From contig NC_058383.1 in assembly GCF_018350175.1 (NCBI RefSeq), positions 806,001-870,000 of the forward strand: a stretch of 64,000 nucleotides of DNA. The letters are read 5' to 3'. Made by a program: the position numbers and the translations under genes. Below are positions 1 through 11,983 of the stretch, piece after piece. This DNA is from Felis catus (taxonomy: Eukaryota). The notes under the pieces were generated by a model. The model worked only from the letters and a program-made list of their open reading frames with translations. It was not told where the DNA came from and ran no database searches. How positions within the stretch are numbered: position 1 is the stretch's first letter; each line of letters begins with the position of its first letter.

Positions 1-244
1 GAAATTAATGATGATGGTAACTTGACACTGAGGTTTAATAATGTCAGTAGAGCAGGTATTGGAGAATGTTAGGGTGAAAGGTCACTGGGAATGAAGTTGG
101 AAAGTTTGGGTTTTGTTAATCATTGAGTAAGAGGGAATAAAAAAGTTAGTCCGTTTCCACCCTGGAGAGTGAGAACAACTATGGGGTATTTATATAAGCC
201 TTTCATGGTTGCTTAGTAAGTTCCTGGTAAAGTTGGGGTAGTCA

Positions 245-560
245 GAAGCCGCGGTTACGCTGCGGGGCGTGGCTTGCGATCCGCACCGGCAGGGGAGCCA
301 GGCAGGTGAGCCACACTCGGAGGGCTGTGGGGACAAGGCCGCCTGGCTGTGCCCTCCTGCCGCGCCCGAGCCGGACTCTGGCCTGGACTCCCACGTGGGC
401 CGGAGGCGACTCTAGGAGGTCGGGCGGGGGAACGCGTCGTGGACCGGCACGCTGTAAGTGGCCAGAGGTCATTTGTCTGTAGCCCGAGGGTTAAGTGCGC
501 GTTTAGAGGGCCAAATAACGTGTTTGTTCTGTGGGCCAGTAGACCGAGTCCCTGAGAAGC
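245..560 (+). promoter_or_regulatory. SUN1: CpG-rich segment; candidate promoter or non-coding first exon(s) of SUN1
   Basis: Local CpG cluster with GC boxes (GGGGCGTGG, GGGCGGGG) and donor-like CAG|GTGAGC at 305/306 and GCT|GTAAGT at 453/454. The first coding exon has an acceptor at 1998, so an upstream exon must exist. Confidence 0.5.
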
Positions 561-1021
561 TCTGAAGAGTGTTGAAAAGTTTTTTACATGCAGGAGTTTT
601 GTGTGTTTGTTGACATTAGTAGGCACAGTACAATTTTTATAACATAAACAATGCTTTTTATTTCTGTGGTTCTTAATCCTTTAAAGAATATTTGGATTGT
701 TAGAAAATGATGTGAATTGAAGTACTTTTGGTTTGGTTTATAGGAGACGGTCATTTACACATAAGTATTTTTTGTCCAGGCTGGTCTGTATTTTTAGTTT
801 TGTCTTCCTTAGATTTTTCAACAATGGGTTATGATTCACATTACTACTATGAGGTGTGTTTTTTGTTTTTTGTTTTTTGTTTTTAATTTGGAGTGTGTGT
901 GGGTGTGTGGTGAGTGTGTGTGTGAGAGAGAATATTTTTAGCCAGAGGAAAGTTTGAGTCATTCCAGGGAAATTTAGATGACAATCTGAAAAACAGCGTG
1001 CTCAAAACGTGTTTTTAAGAT

Positions 1022-1273
1022 TTTATTTTTTATTATTTATTATTTTTTTGAAAGTGGGCTCTGCGCTGACAGCAGAGGGCCTGATGTGGGGCTCGAATGC
1101 GATGAACCTCGAGATCATGATCTGAGCTTAAGTCCGTCGCTCAACCGACTGAGCCACCCAGGTGCCCCTTAAGATTTTACTTTTAAGTAATCTCTACACC
1201 CAATGTGGGGCTCAAACTTACGGCCCCAAGATCAAGAGTCGCATGCTCTACTGACTGAGCCAGTCAGGTGCCC
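1022..1273 (-). mobile_element. Two tandem or nested carnivore SINEs (1022-1168 and 1169-1273)
   Basis: Reverse-complement heads (gagccacccaggtgcccc, gagccagtcaggtgccc); taagatttta repeated either side of the first element. Confidence 0.85.
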
Positions 1274-1442
1274 TAAAACTATTTAATTAAAAAAAAAAAA
1301 AGTTCTTTTGGGGAAAAATAAAAGTGTAAGCCGTGCCTTGAGCTCGTGTGTCGATCAGCCTGCAGTTTTCTGGTTCTGAGGTGCTTGGAAAAGCGTCAGC
1401 ATCTGTGATAAGTGTCTGACCGGGGACTAAGGATCCCTTCTA

Positions 1443-1575
1443 TTTTTTTTTTTTAGGTAGTTTGTTTTGTTTTGTTTTCCTTTTTCAGTAATCTCTACGC
1501 CCAGCGTGGGACTCAAGCTCACAACCCTGAGATCAAGAGTCGCATGCTCTTCCAACTGAGCCAGCCAGGTGCCCC
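1443..1575 (-). mobile_element. Short carnivore SINE
   Basis: Poly-T tail, SINE head, degenerate TSD atccc(t/a)tctatttt. Confidence 0.85.
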
Positions 1576-2013
1576 AAGAATCCCATCTATTTTAGTTAAT
1601 AACAACGAATACTTGCTACATAAGAAAGAGAACATTTTGACACCTTTAAGAATTTAAAAATACATTTTGAAAAGGGTCTGAGTCACTTTCTGTATTCTTC
1701 TGAAAGTGCCCCAATTTTCGTAACTATAAGTGAGTTGATCTCGGGTTTCCCCTTTTACTCCCAGGGTATGTTGCTGTAGGAAACTACGCCTAACATAAGG
1801 GTTTGTAGCGATGAGAAGATTTTGTCTCCTTTGTCTAAAAAATAAAAAACAAAGAACGACTAGCTTTGTTTTACTAAAATCTCGGTGGTGACGTTTTGGT
1901 CACCGACTATGTGCCGTGGGTTGGCTGTGACAGACAGCACTTCTCTGTGTTTCTACCCTCCTAACACCCTGCGTTGCTTTCTCCCCCACCTTCTGCAGTA
2001 TGAGACCGTGACC

Positions 2014-2090
2014 ATGGACTTTTCTCGGCTCCACATGTACACCCCTCCTCAGTGTGCGCCCGAGAACACTGGCTACACGTACGCACTCAG
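2014..2090 (+). CDS. SUN1: SUN1 coding exon 1 (MDFSRLHMYTPPQCAPENTGYTYALS); exon starts 1999
   Basis: Acceptor ttctgcag at 1998, Kozak-like accATGG, donor CAG|gtgagc; recognisable SUN1 N-terminus; 77 nt. Confidence 0.96.
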
Positions 2091-2721
2091 GTGAGCGTGC
2101 CTGCGTTCCGTCGCCCTCCCGGTCGCCTCCTGCCCCTGAATGCCGTGGATTTGTGGGCGCTTCTTGCTGCTTGCAGCCACACGCTGTCTTCTGAAAGTGA
2201 AAATTTCTACGGAGTTTATATCATACTATGGCTTTGCAAAACTGCTAAACTGACATGGAAATTGTGAGGTGGTTTTGAAAACCGAACATTTCTGATGACT
2301 CAGGGATGAGTCATTGCAAATGTACTGCTGTTTCGGACCCCGCCCAAGTGGCTGTGGTCTCTAGAATAAACCTTTGTGGTTATGGGTAGGGTTTTGTGAT
2401 TTATACCGATGGCCGGGTATTTTAAAGTTAGTAGAAATAACCTGGAAAATGATTTGCCTTTGAGAGGAGGTATCCTAAACGGAATTTTGATGAAGCCCGA
2501 GGTTTGAAGAACACGGCTTTTCTCAGATGCGAGGTTTTCAGTTTTTATTCTGACATGATACTGAAGTTCACGGCTAAGTCTAAGAGTTGCTGAGTAGCCC
2601 TTTGCATGTCTAGTTCACCAGGTAGGAGTGATTATTAAGATGGATTATAAAATATGGGATTGTGCCAAAGGAAAATACGCTACTGGGCGGGTTAGGGTTT
2701 GGCAGGTAGGAAAGCTGTTGT

Positions 2722-2943
2722 GGGGGTCCCTGGGGGGCTCAGTGGCTTAAGTGTCCACCTTCAGCTCAGGTCGTGATCTCGTGGTTCACGGGTTCGAGCC
2801 GCACGTCAGGCTCTGTGCTGACAGCTTGGAGCCAGGCGCCTGCTTGGGATTCTGAGTCTCCCCCTCTCTCTGCCCCTCCCCTGCTCGTGCTCTGTCTCTG
2901 TCTCTCTCTCAAAAATAAACATTTAAAAATTTTTTTTAAAAAG
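2722..2943 (+). mobile_element. SINEC_Fc-type SINE
   Basis: ggctcag head, ggttcgag B box, CT tract, AATAAA and A tail. Confidence 0.9.
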
Positions 2944-3084
2944 GAAAAACACCTGTTGTGTTCTGGAAAGACCTTTAAGGCACACGAGGAAAATGCTCAT
3001 GTAATTTTTTTCAATGACTTCTCTTCTAAAAGAGAAAAATATAATTTAAAACTTAAGAAAATCGGAAGGTATTTTAACAAAGAT

Positions 3085-3270
3085 GTTTTTGTTTCTTCAT
3101 TTGAGAGTGAGTGCCTGAGCAGAGCAGAGGCGGGGGGGTGGGGGGAGAGAGGGCGCATGCACCAGGGAGTATCATAAGCAGGCTCCATGCTCAGCACGGA
3201 GCCCAACGTGGGGCTCAATCCCACGAAATCAAGAGTCAGATGCTCAGACGACTGCGCCACTGAGGCGCCC
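3085..3270 (-). mobile_element. Carnivore SINE
   Basis: Reverse-complement head; TSD caaagatgttttt. Confidence 0.85.
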
Positions 3271-4516
3271 TTGGCAAAGATGTTTTTGCAGCGTTTTTAA
3301 CTGTTTTTTAACAGTGTTAGTCAAACGTCACATTGAATGATTGCGTTTTTATTCACGATTCTAGATCATTGACTGTTTTTGTCAAAAGTTCTGAAATATG
3401 TTAGAACAAAGGGAGTGGGCCAACTCAAAACTGTTCCTTGTTCTGTATTGTGGAGCATAAAAATAATTACTCTCGGTTAATTATTTTTAGCTTTTATAAT
3501 CTATTTTAAATACAGTTTTTTAAAAATGCACACGTGTGGGTCTCTGCACCGGGAAAGTCGCCCGGCTAATTTCAGTGCACGCGGCCCTCCTCCAGTGAGA
3601 TGTGGGCATAGACGCGGAAGTGTGGGCGGACCGAAGTGGCAGAGGCGGCCGGTGTGCTTGGTGCACCGTGCTGGGAACTTAGACTTGGAGGGCACTAGGA
3701 ACCCGGCAAGGGCGTTAAGCTGGGAGCCGCGTGACCAGGCTTGTGCTTGGAGGGACTGCAGCCTGCAGGGGTGGGTAGGGCGGGTGGGGGCGGCCGGAGA
3801 CCATGGCGGGCCCGAGGTGTGACGCTGTGGTGGCCTGTACAAGGGGCCCGGCCCAGCTTGGGCGGCTGGGGTGGAGATGAAGGAGGGGAGGGCGGGGACA
3901 GCGGGGCGGTCTGTGGCTGGTGGGTTCTGGTCTGGGCAGCCGCGTGTAGTGCAGGACCGGGTGGCGGGTCACGAGGCGAGTGTCCGGCGGTCGTGCTGGG
4001 TGGAGCCCACGGCTGAGGCCCCGCGGCCCCCGGGGCGGCGGGAGGGGACCTGCCCCTGCCTGTTTGTCTCTGGTCTTTCCACTTGCGTCACCGCTGTGTT
4101 CCCCCGTCTTTGAAACCTGCCTGTGCCACCCGGCTCTACCGGAAGCCACCTGACCTCACTGCATGTCCCTCCCTCCCCCGTCCTGAGCCCCACTTTGACG
4201 CATGCGCCCCACGGCTACCTGGGCTGGTCCTTCCCCTCAGTTCTGGGGACTCTGCACCCCGGCCCACGGCTGTCTGGCCCCGCCCCGATCTTCCCCCTTA
4301 GCCCCTGAGTACCCACCTGGAGGGTCCGCCACCATCCTGGTCGGTCCGTTTGTTTAACTGAAATGTTTTCCTGCTGTGGAGACTGTTAGGTGAAAGTCAG
4401 GGGTGGTGGTGGTAATAATCCCCTGTGCCTCCTCCCACCTTCTGCTGTTTGGCGCTGGGCCCCTTCCCTCCCTCGCTCTCTGGTGGATTGTTCTGAAGCA
4501 AATCTTCACAAGATGC

Positions 4517-4567
<51 letters not shown>

Positions 4568-4767
4568 TGTTTATTTTTTGAGAGAGAGCGAGCATGAGCA
4601 CGAGTGGGGGAGGGGCAGAGAGAGAAAGGGAGACACAGAATCCCAAGCGGGCTCCAGGCTCCAAGCTGTCACCGCAGAACCCGATGCGGGACTCGAACCC
4701 ACGATGTGTGAGATCATGACCTGAGCGGAAGTCGGGCGCTTAATCGACTAAGCCACCCAGGCACCCC
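4517..4767 (-). mobile_element. SINEC_Fc-type SINE with (TTTA)n tail microsatellite
   Basis: (ttta)n at 4517-4568, AG tract, reverse-complement head. Confidence 0.92.
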
Positions 4768-4788
4768 TAAAAGATATTTTAAAAACAT

Positions 4789-5013
4789 GGGGCGCCTGGG
4801 TGGCTCAGTCGGTTAAGCCTCCGAGTTCGGCTCAGGTCATGATCTCGCGGTCCGTGAGTTCGAGCGCCGCCTCAGGCTCTGTGCTGACCGCTCAGAGCCT
4901 GGAGCCTGTTTCAGATTCTGTGTCTCCCTCTCTCTCTGCCCCTCCCCTGTTCATGCTCTGTCTCTCCCTGTCTCAAAAATAAATAAAACGTTAAAAATAA
5001 TTAAAAAAAAAAA
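4789..5013 (+). mobile_element. SINEC_Fc-type SINE
   Basis: Full head to A tail; TSD aagatattttaaaaaca. Confidence 0.93.
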
Positions 5014-6595
5014 AGATATTTTAAAAACAACTAGCCAAAATACAAGTATCACACCAAAAAGCCCCTGGTAACTTAAAACAACCCCTGATATCTCTGTAAT
5101 ACACCAGACAGTAGGTGCTCCAATTTACCAGATCCTCAGTTTTGCTTGAAGTGAGCCTAACCAGGATTTTCCCATAGTACCTATTTGCTTCCTGTGAGAC
5201 GGTGGTTAGATGCGGAGGTTCGATCAGTCCCAGGTTTTGTTTGTTGGCATGACTGCTCACTTCCTTCCTGTTGAGGGTGTGCGGAGGCTGCCCAGTGCTG
5301 GCGGCTGGGCCACACCACCGCTGAGGAGCCCCCACAGCCCCCCACACGATGGGGATGCAGCCACAGGGACACTGCTTGGGCAAGAGGCAGACTTTCCCAG
5401 AAGCCCATCGAGACCCACTGTCCCCACCACCTCACCCCCGCCCCCTGACACACACACAAACCAGAGGAGGAGACCCAGGTCAGGTGGCAGCCCGTGCCCC
5501 GGAGGCCGGCAGCCTGGAAAAGTCCGTGTCTGACCGTGTCAGCCTCCCATAAGTGCGCCGCAGTCTCTGCCACGGAAACCAAGAGAGCAGAGTATTTCGA
5601 GAAGGTGGGTCCCGTGCCAAAGTGGTGGGACTGGGACACGGGCCGTGAATTCAGCCCCGTGGGAGGCCATGGGCAGAGGCAGCAGCAACGGGGGCAGGAG
5701 TCGGAATGAAACGGGTTGAGTGAGTGTAGACAACTCTTACAACAAGCGTGGCTGGTTGGGAGGAGAAAGGGCCCGGCTCTGTTTAGGGTCGTTTTTCTCC
5801 ACCGTGGGGACAGGTGAGTGTCTAGGTGCTGATGGTTGGGCACCACAGGGAGTTTGAAGAGTTCGGAGAGAGAAGAGGTACCAGATGGAGAAGGTCTTCT
5901 GGAGAGTGGGAGAGATCCGGTCCAGAGTGCACAGGTGGGCGTTAGGGTGGCACGTCTGCTGTGGTCGGAAGGAGGAGGAAGGGCCGTCTGAACGTGGGTC
6001 CTTCATAGGCTCCCCTGAGAGGAGTCAGCAGTTCTCTGGTGTGGCTGGTTTGCTGAGGAGCCAGAGGAGGAGGTGAGGCGGGAGGGAGGAGGCCTGTCGG
6101 GGCAGGGGTGGCACCCGAGCGCCACTGGTGCAGAGGGCCATGGGCTCGGGGGCGTGCAGCCGTCGGCACCATCCAGGGGCACAGCTGGGACCGAAGCACC
6201 GACAGGGCAGGGGAGTCGCAGGGTGGGGGATTGGAGCCCCGGGCGAAGCTGAGGGACCGCATTGGTGGAGGATCCCGGCCGGTGGGTGACGAAGGGTCAG
6301 GGGTCAGATGGGCGGCCACTGGGGTCACACACCCAGGTCAGCAGAACTCGGACCCGTGGAGGTTTGGTCAGATTCCTAGAATTGCCCCCTTGTGGGCCTT
6401 GCTTTGCCCACTCACCCCTGCCCAGTGGCCGAACTGCTCATTTATGACCACTTAGCTCCGCGCGGCTCTGGCGGGAGGCAGGACCACCTGCCCCGTGGCG
6501 CTGCCCTGTTTTGCGCCTTGTGGCTGCCACGTGTCCATATTTTCCAGCTTTCAATGGTGGTAGATTTTTTCCTGGCCTTTTAATTAAACGTGCAT

Positions 6596-6790
6596 CTGAG
6601 CTTGGGTGGCTCAGTCGGTTGAGTGTCTGACTTCGACTCGGGTCATGGTCTCACGGTTCGTGGGTTCAAGCCCCATGTCGGGGTCTGTGCTGACAGCTCA
6701 GAGCCTGGAGCCTGTTTCAGATTCTGTGTCTTCGTCTGCTCCTACCCCACTCATGCTCTCTCTCTCACAAATAAATAAAGATTAAAAAAA
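6596..6790 (+). mobile_element. SINEC_Fc-type SINE
   Basis: tgggtggctcagtcggtt head, CT tract, A tail. Confidence 0.9.
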
Positions 6791-7194
6791 GTTTTTTAAG
6801 TGCATCTAAGTAACATATTTTTAAAACAACATTTGATTGATGAAGGAACAGAGCTAAAAGCTGCTCTGAAGGATTCAGTCTGTTATTTTCTTTGGGGTCT
6901 TTCTGGCGTCTCCTTTTCTATCCTAGTATTAGAATAAAGTACCTTAACAGCACACTTGCTAGGGTGGGTCCCCGGACTACAGCATTGACAGAGGTGTGGG
7001 TACCAAATGCATTAGACGAGCGTCCCTGGGTGTGCGTCCCTGGGTGTGACCAGACAGGTGGGTCCAGACTGAAAGGACCCATTGCCCCACTTGGTCTCAG
7101 CCCCAAAGGTTCCCACTGTTAACAGTTTGAAGAGAACTTTCCAGGTCTCTATGACTTTACCTACCTCTGTATGTATGAGAATACGTGCTTCTGG

Positions 7195-7298
7195 GTTTTT
7201 TTATGGGGTTCTTTTGTTTTTTAAGTAAGCTTTAGGCCTGACGTGGGGCTTGAACTCAGTGACCCTGAGAGCAAGAGTCTCATGCTCTACTGACCCCA
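7195..7298 (-). mobile_element. Short degenerate carnivore SINE
   Basis: gtggggcttgaactc...caagagtctcatgctctactga. Confidence 0.7.
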
Positions 7299-7329
7299 TG
7301 TGGTTCTGTTTTATAGTTGGTTTTAACAG

Positions 7330-7500
7330 AAATAAGATGATAGTAGGATATTTTCCTTTAACAGTGTATGCAGATCTTTCATGATTTTTAACAGCCTCAC
7401 AGTGTTCTAGAATTCGGACGTATCCCAGTTTATTGAACCATTCCCCTGCTGATGGACAGTTCCTATCGTCTGCCGTTGTAATATTCTTGTACTTCCTTCT
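7330..7500 (-). mobile_element. Old L1 (L1M) 3' fragment
   Basis: tttattgaaccattcccctgctgatggaca resembles antisense L1M 3' UTR. Confidence 0.5.
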
Positions 7501-8481
7501 GCTCGGGGTCTTTCTAATGACACTAACAGGGATCTGGGACACCCTCTGCTGGCAGAGGCACCCCAGGTTCTGTGTTGGAAAGCCGGGACCCCTTCCACAC
7601 AGTACAGTATTGTAGTGTCCCCACGTTGGAGCCCCCGGGGCCCGTGGGGTGGGCTGGGAGGTGGAGGTCTGTGCACGTTGGCCGCTTGCTTGCTTCCACA
7701 CGTTTCTGTCGTGGCCTAGCTTGACCACTCAGAGACACACCTGGTCTAATACGTTTATCGTAAACGTGATCCTGAAAATATTTTTCTAATAAAACATAAG
7801 GCTAAAATGCCCTTAGCCTTCTTGGTTTCCTTGAGAGACTCCTGGTTCCTGCTGAGTTTTAGACCCTCTGCCCAGTCTGCTCTCCCAGGCAGGAGTGGTT
7901 TTCCCTTGGCCTCCTGGATGCCTCCTTGTGGGTTAATATTTCTTGATTTAGAAAAAGTTGCTAACGACACAGAAGAATGTATCTTTTGATTTAAGATGAT
8001 TCCATGGAAGGGTATTGAAGTGACTTTGTCATGAGCTTGTCTCTGGCTTTATGGTGAGTTAGACGCAAAGTGGCTTTACGGTTCAGCGTCTTGCTGTTTG
8101 CGTTTCTCCTCACAGTGGATTAGATGCCGTGTGGTCACTGTCTCCTGAACTGCTGTGTCAGGCGTGGAGTCTATTGTAAATGCATTCTGATTTTCAGTGA
8201 TCTTGACACAGGTCCGCATAGTGGAGTTCTTATGAGCGTGTCCTGAAGCAGTTCTTAGGGCCAGCTCTAGAGTGAAATATGTGGGCGCCTGGGGATTTAT
8301 TTCACAGAGGGTGTGGCCAGAGTGTCTGTGGTGACTTCGGCTTTGTAGAAAAGTCATCACGCAGTCATGGCTATTTTTCAGAATTTGCACTGGATTGTTA
8401 TGTGTCCTGTTCATTATTCAGTTTGTTTCAGAAACTTCCGTCAGCGTTACTTACCTCTGACGAGTTTTTTTTTCCTTCTAG

Positions 8482-8670
8482 TTCGAGTTATTCGTCTGAT
8501 GCTCTGACTTTTGAGACTGAGCACAGATTGGACCCTGTGTTCGATTCTCCAAGAATGTCCCGCCGCAGTTTGCGCCTGGTCACCACAGCCTGTGCCACTG
8601 AGGATGGCCAGGCTGGGGACGCTCACTCCTGTGCCAGTAGCACTGCCTCCCTGAAGGACAGAGCGGCCAG
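8482..8670 (+). CDS. SUN1: SUN1 coding exon 2 (SSYSSDALTFETEHRLDPVFDSPRMSRRSLRL...)
   Basis: ttctag acceptor, CAG|gtaagc donor, 189 nt, phase 2 to 2. Confidence 0.96.
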
Positions 8671-10091
8671 GTAAGCACTGTCTTCCTTGTTACCGCACAT
8701 GCTCTAACAACATTAAAACAAACGTACCAGCTTTTTGGTCTGTAGAACCACACTCTTGCACTTAAGTACACACAGGAGACTCACACTGTCGTCGCTGTGC
8801 TACGGTGAGGACTGAACCTAATTCTGGACCGTGTGGCCTATCTGGTGTGGACGGTCTCGTGCAGGCCACGGTTTCCAGTTTTGTGTTTGTACTCAGACTC
8901 GGGCAGGGGCGCGGACACCCTGGAACATGCGCAGTGCCCGTCCGCACGGCCGGCCTCGTAGCGGGAGCCAAATGTGGCTGTCCTCTGCTGTCATCCGAGG
9001 GGTGCCTTCCCCCGACGATTGCGTGGCACTGTGGCCACCGTGGATGAGCTCTGCATGGTTAACAGCCATGTCTGTGTATTAAAGTCTGTGTGAACTAACA
9101 GATGCATCATGACGGCCAGCCGTTTGACTATGTTCACTCGATTCCTGAGCTTTGCACGTGCCCACCACCACGCGCATGGCCAAGAAGAAGCAGAGTGCAC
9201 GATCTTTGTGCCATTTAAAGATCGTGTTCTGTTGCTCACGTACGAATGATGAGTCTCCGATGGAAATGGTCGTCTTTCACTCAGGAATGGGGTGGTTGTG
9301 TTAGAAGAGGCGGTGAAAGGCCAGCTTGAAGCCAGGTGCCCTGCCAAGGTTCCCATGTGCCTCACACTCACTGTGGGTTGGTTAGAGGATGGGCCCGCGG
9401 TTCAGTGGGCTCATGAGTGGTCGTGAGCGCACCTGAGGGCTCCAGTCGGCTCCACGTGCGAGACGGGGCCTCAGCTGCCTGGCCTCGGCCCGCCTGTTTC
9501 TCTGCCGCCGGGCGATGCCACGATCGGTTTCCTGATGTGCTGTGTTCATGTGCAGACTTGTGTTCCTGTCCCCCCACTGCTCGTTCCCTTGAGGAGGGAG
9601 GTCCTCTCCCTGCCCCAGCTCGGTGCTTGGGGCTTTGTTGTCTGTGCCAAACAGGAGGACAGAAATGAGGTTACAGCCTTTCCTCGCTGTCCTTAATGCA
9701 GGGCCGGCTTCACCGGGGACCCTGAAATAGTGCAGGATGTGCGTGTCTGTGCACACACTTGTTCTAAAAAGCAGAAGGGTTAAGTTTATACATCATAATT
9801 TTTATTGTTAGGTCATTTTATTAGATTATTTTAAGTTTTAATCACTTTGGGGTCATGGGGCCCAGAATACTCTGAAAACTGTCCTGTATGTACAATTTTA
9901 GAAGCAGCTCTGGGACCCTGGCTCAAGGATTCCTGTTGCAGGTTAATAAGCGTTTCACTACAGCAGAGAAGACATAAGGAAACGTTGCCTTAAAAATACT
10001 ACATTCTTAAAGATTTTGTATCGGTAAAATGTCATCGTTTTGTATTTCTGAGAAGTCTGTCCACTTGTCCCTTGTGTTCCTTTCTTCTTAG

Positions 10092-10276
10092 AACTGCAAA
10101 GCAGCGCAGAAGTGCAAGCAAGCCGGCTTTTAGCGTCCACCATGCCTCCAGGCGGGTCGTGTCCTCGGCCGTGGGCCAGGGCGGCGCCGGCTCGCTGTCA
10201 GGCGCGGCCTGTGTGCGGCCTTCCGTGCTGGATGAGTCTCTGATCCGTGAGCAGACCAAAGTGGACCACTTCTGGG
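10092..10276 (+). CDS. SUN1: SUN1 coding exon 3 (TAKQRRSASKPAFS...SLIREQTKVDHFW)
   Basis: cttag acceptor, G|gtgagt donor, 185 nt, phase 2 to 1. Confidence 0.95.
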
Positions 10277-11263
10277 GTGAGTTGGCTGCTGTTGGGGTCT
10301 CGGGTTGTCTTGGGGAGGGGGAAGTCCCGGGCCAGGTTGTCCCTCTGCCCCGTACAGGGTGGGAGGAGCTCCTAGAAGATTCCAGGCGTTCCTCCAGACT
10401 CAAATACAGAATGCGGGCAGCGGCTTCCCTCTGCCACTTCTGCTGGCCGCGCTCACGTGGAATCGTCTGTTGTGACGTGGAAGCTGAAGCGGTCTGGTAG
10501 TGGCCTGAGAACTCTCCTGCTAAGGGCATTACTTGCGTAGGCTGGCTGAGTACAGTTGTCACAGAGGTTCACTGGTGTGGTTTCAGGTTCAGACAGCTCT
10601 AAGCAGCCAGGCAGACACAGTATTTTCGAGTCACTGGGAAGCAGTCCACGTGGATGTCTTGACACTAGAAAGCAGCGTGGGCTCGTGAGCCTTCTTGACT
10701 TTAGGCAGCAACGGTGTGACCTGGTCCTTGCCGCTGACAGTGCGATGGCCACGGGGAGCCGCAGCTTTCAGAGGGACGTGGCTGCTTGCCTGTGTCCACT
10801 GGATGTTCACGGCGGCCCTTTTGAGAGGATGAGGAGATCCAGATTAGCTCCCAAAATGTTGTGTGCTAATTCGGGCAAGCCTGGGAGTTGGCGCTCAGCT
10901 GGCGAGGGTAGCTCGTAGGCGGCACAGGGGGCGGACGCCACCGGTGAGGTTTCTGCCTGCCGGTGCTTGAGGGAGCACGTTCTTCTCCCCCGATCCCTCC
11001 TCCGTGTCTGCCCTTGGGGTCCGCGGGTGTGCGTGTACAGGTGTGTGCTGTCTGCAAAGATGTGCTTTCTCCTGGAACCAAAAGATGGCGTCTGCATATG
11101 TCTGGAGGAGTTTCTGTTAGTTGTAGGCATTTCAGGAAGTGAATCTTGGCCGTTGCCAAAATGCCGACATATTAACCATTGTAACCTTTACTTTTTGTGT
11201 GTGTGGGTTTTGTTCTGATAACTCGAGCTCATGAACAGACACGCGTATGTGTGTGTGTTTTAG

Positions 11264-11290
11264 GTCTTGACGATGACGGAGATCTCAAAG
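11264..11290 (+). CDS. SUN1: SUN1 coding exon 4, 27-nt microexon (GLDDDGDLK)
   Basis: ttttag acceptor, AAG|gtaatt donor, phase 1 to 1. Confidence 0.92.
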
Positions 11291-11396
11291 GTAATTATTT
11301 CAGTTCTTTTTTTAAATACACTTTTCAAGATGGAAGTTTTTGTAGGTATCTGCAGGTTGTGATAAACAGGTTCCCTCTACTTTCTGAAAACTTCAG

Positions 11397-11573
11397 GGGG
11401 AAATAAAGCTGCCGCTCAGGGAAATGGGGATCTGGCAGCAGAAACTTTCAGGAGCAACGGCTACACCTGCAGAGACTGCATCCTGCTCTCTGAACACAAG
11501 GACACGCTCACGGCACGCTCCACTGCCCACGGACTGTCGTCGCGAACATACTCGAGGGACGAGAGTCAGAAAC
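11397..11573 (+). CDS. SUN1: SUN1 coding exon 5 (GGNKAAAQGNGD...NGYTCRDC...YSRDESQK)
   Basis: cttcag acceptor, C|gtgagt donor, 177 nt, phase 1 to 1. Confidence 0.92.
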
Positions 11574-11739
11574 GTGAGTCTGTCTCTCTCAAAGGTTAGA
11601 AAAAGATTGCATGTCCGAATATTTTAAGATATACGTACATAACCCTACTTTTGTAGGCCTTTTAGCATCCACCCACACTACTTTCTGTTATTGACTTGAA
11701 TTCAAAACTGTGTGATAAAAGTTTAAGAAATGCACCCAA

Positions 11740-11983
11740 GGGGCGCCTGGGTGGCTCAGTCGGTTGGGCTTCTGACTTCGACTCAGGTCATGATCTTGCG
11801 GTTCGTGGGTTCAGGGCCCGCGTTGGGCTCTGTGCTGACAACTCGGAGCCTGGAGCCTGCTTCAGATTCTGTCTCTGTCTCTCTGCCCCTCCCTTACTCG
11901 CTCTCTGTCTGTTTCTCTCTCAAATATAAATAAAATAAAATAAAATAAATAAAACATAAAAAGAAATTAAAAAAAAAAAAAAA
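11740..11983 (+). mobile_element. SINEC_Fc-type SINE
   Basis: Full head, (TAAAA)n and A tail, TSD aagaaatgc(a/g)ccc. Confidence 0.92.

Noticed and set aside
3500..4330. CpG/GC-rich block in SUN1 intron 1 with several ORFs
   Set aside because: No exon or domain evidence; could be regulatory or GC-converted, but I cannot support a specific call.
4789..4870. tRNA-like A and B boxes in many places
   Set aside because: They are heads of tRNA-derived SINEs followed by CT tracts and A tails, not tRNA genes.
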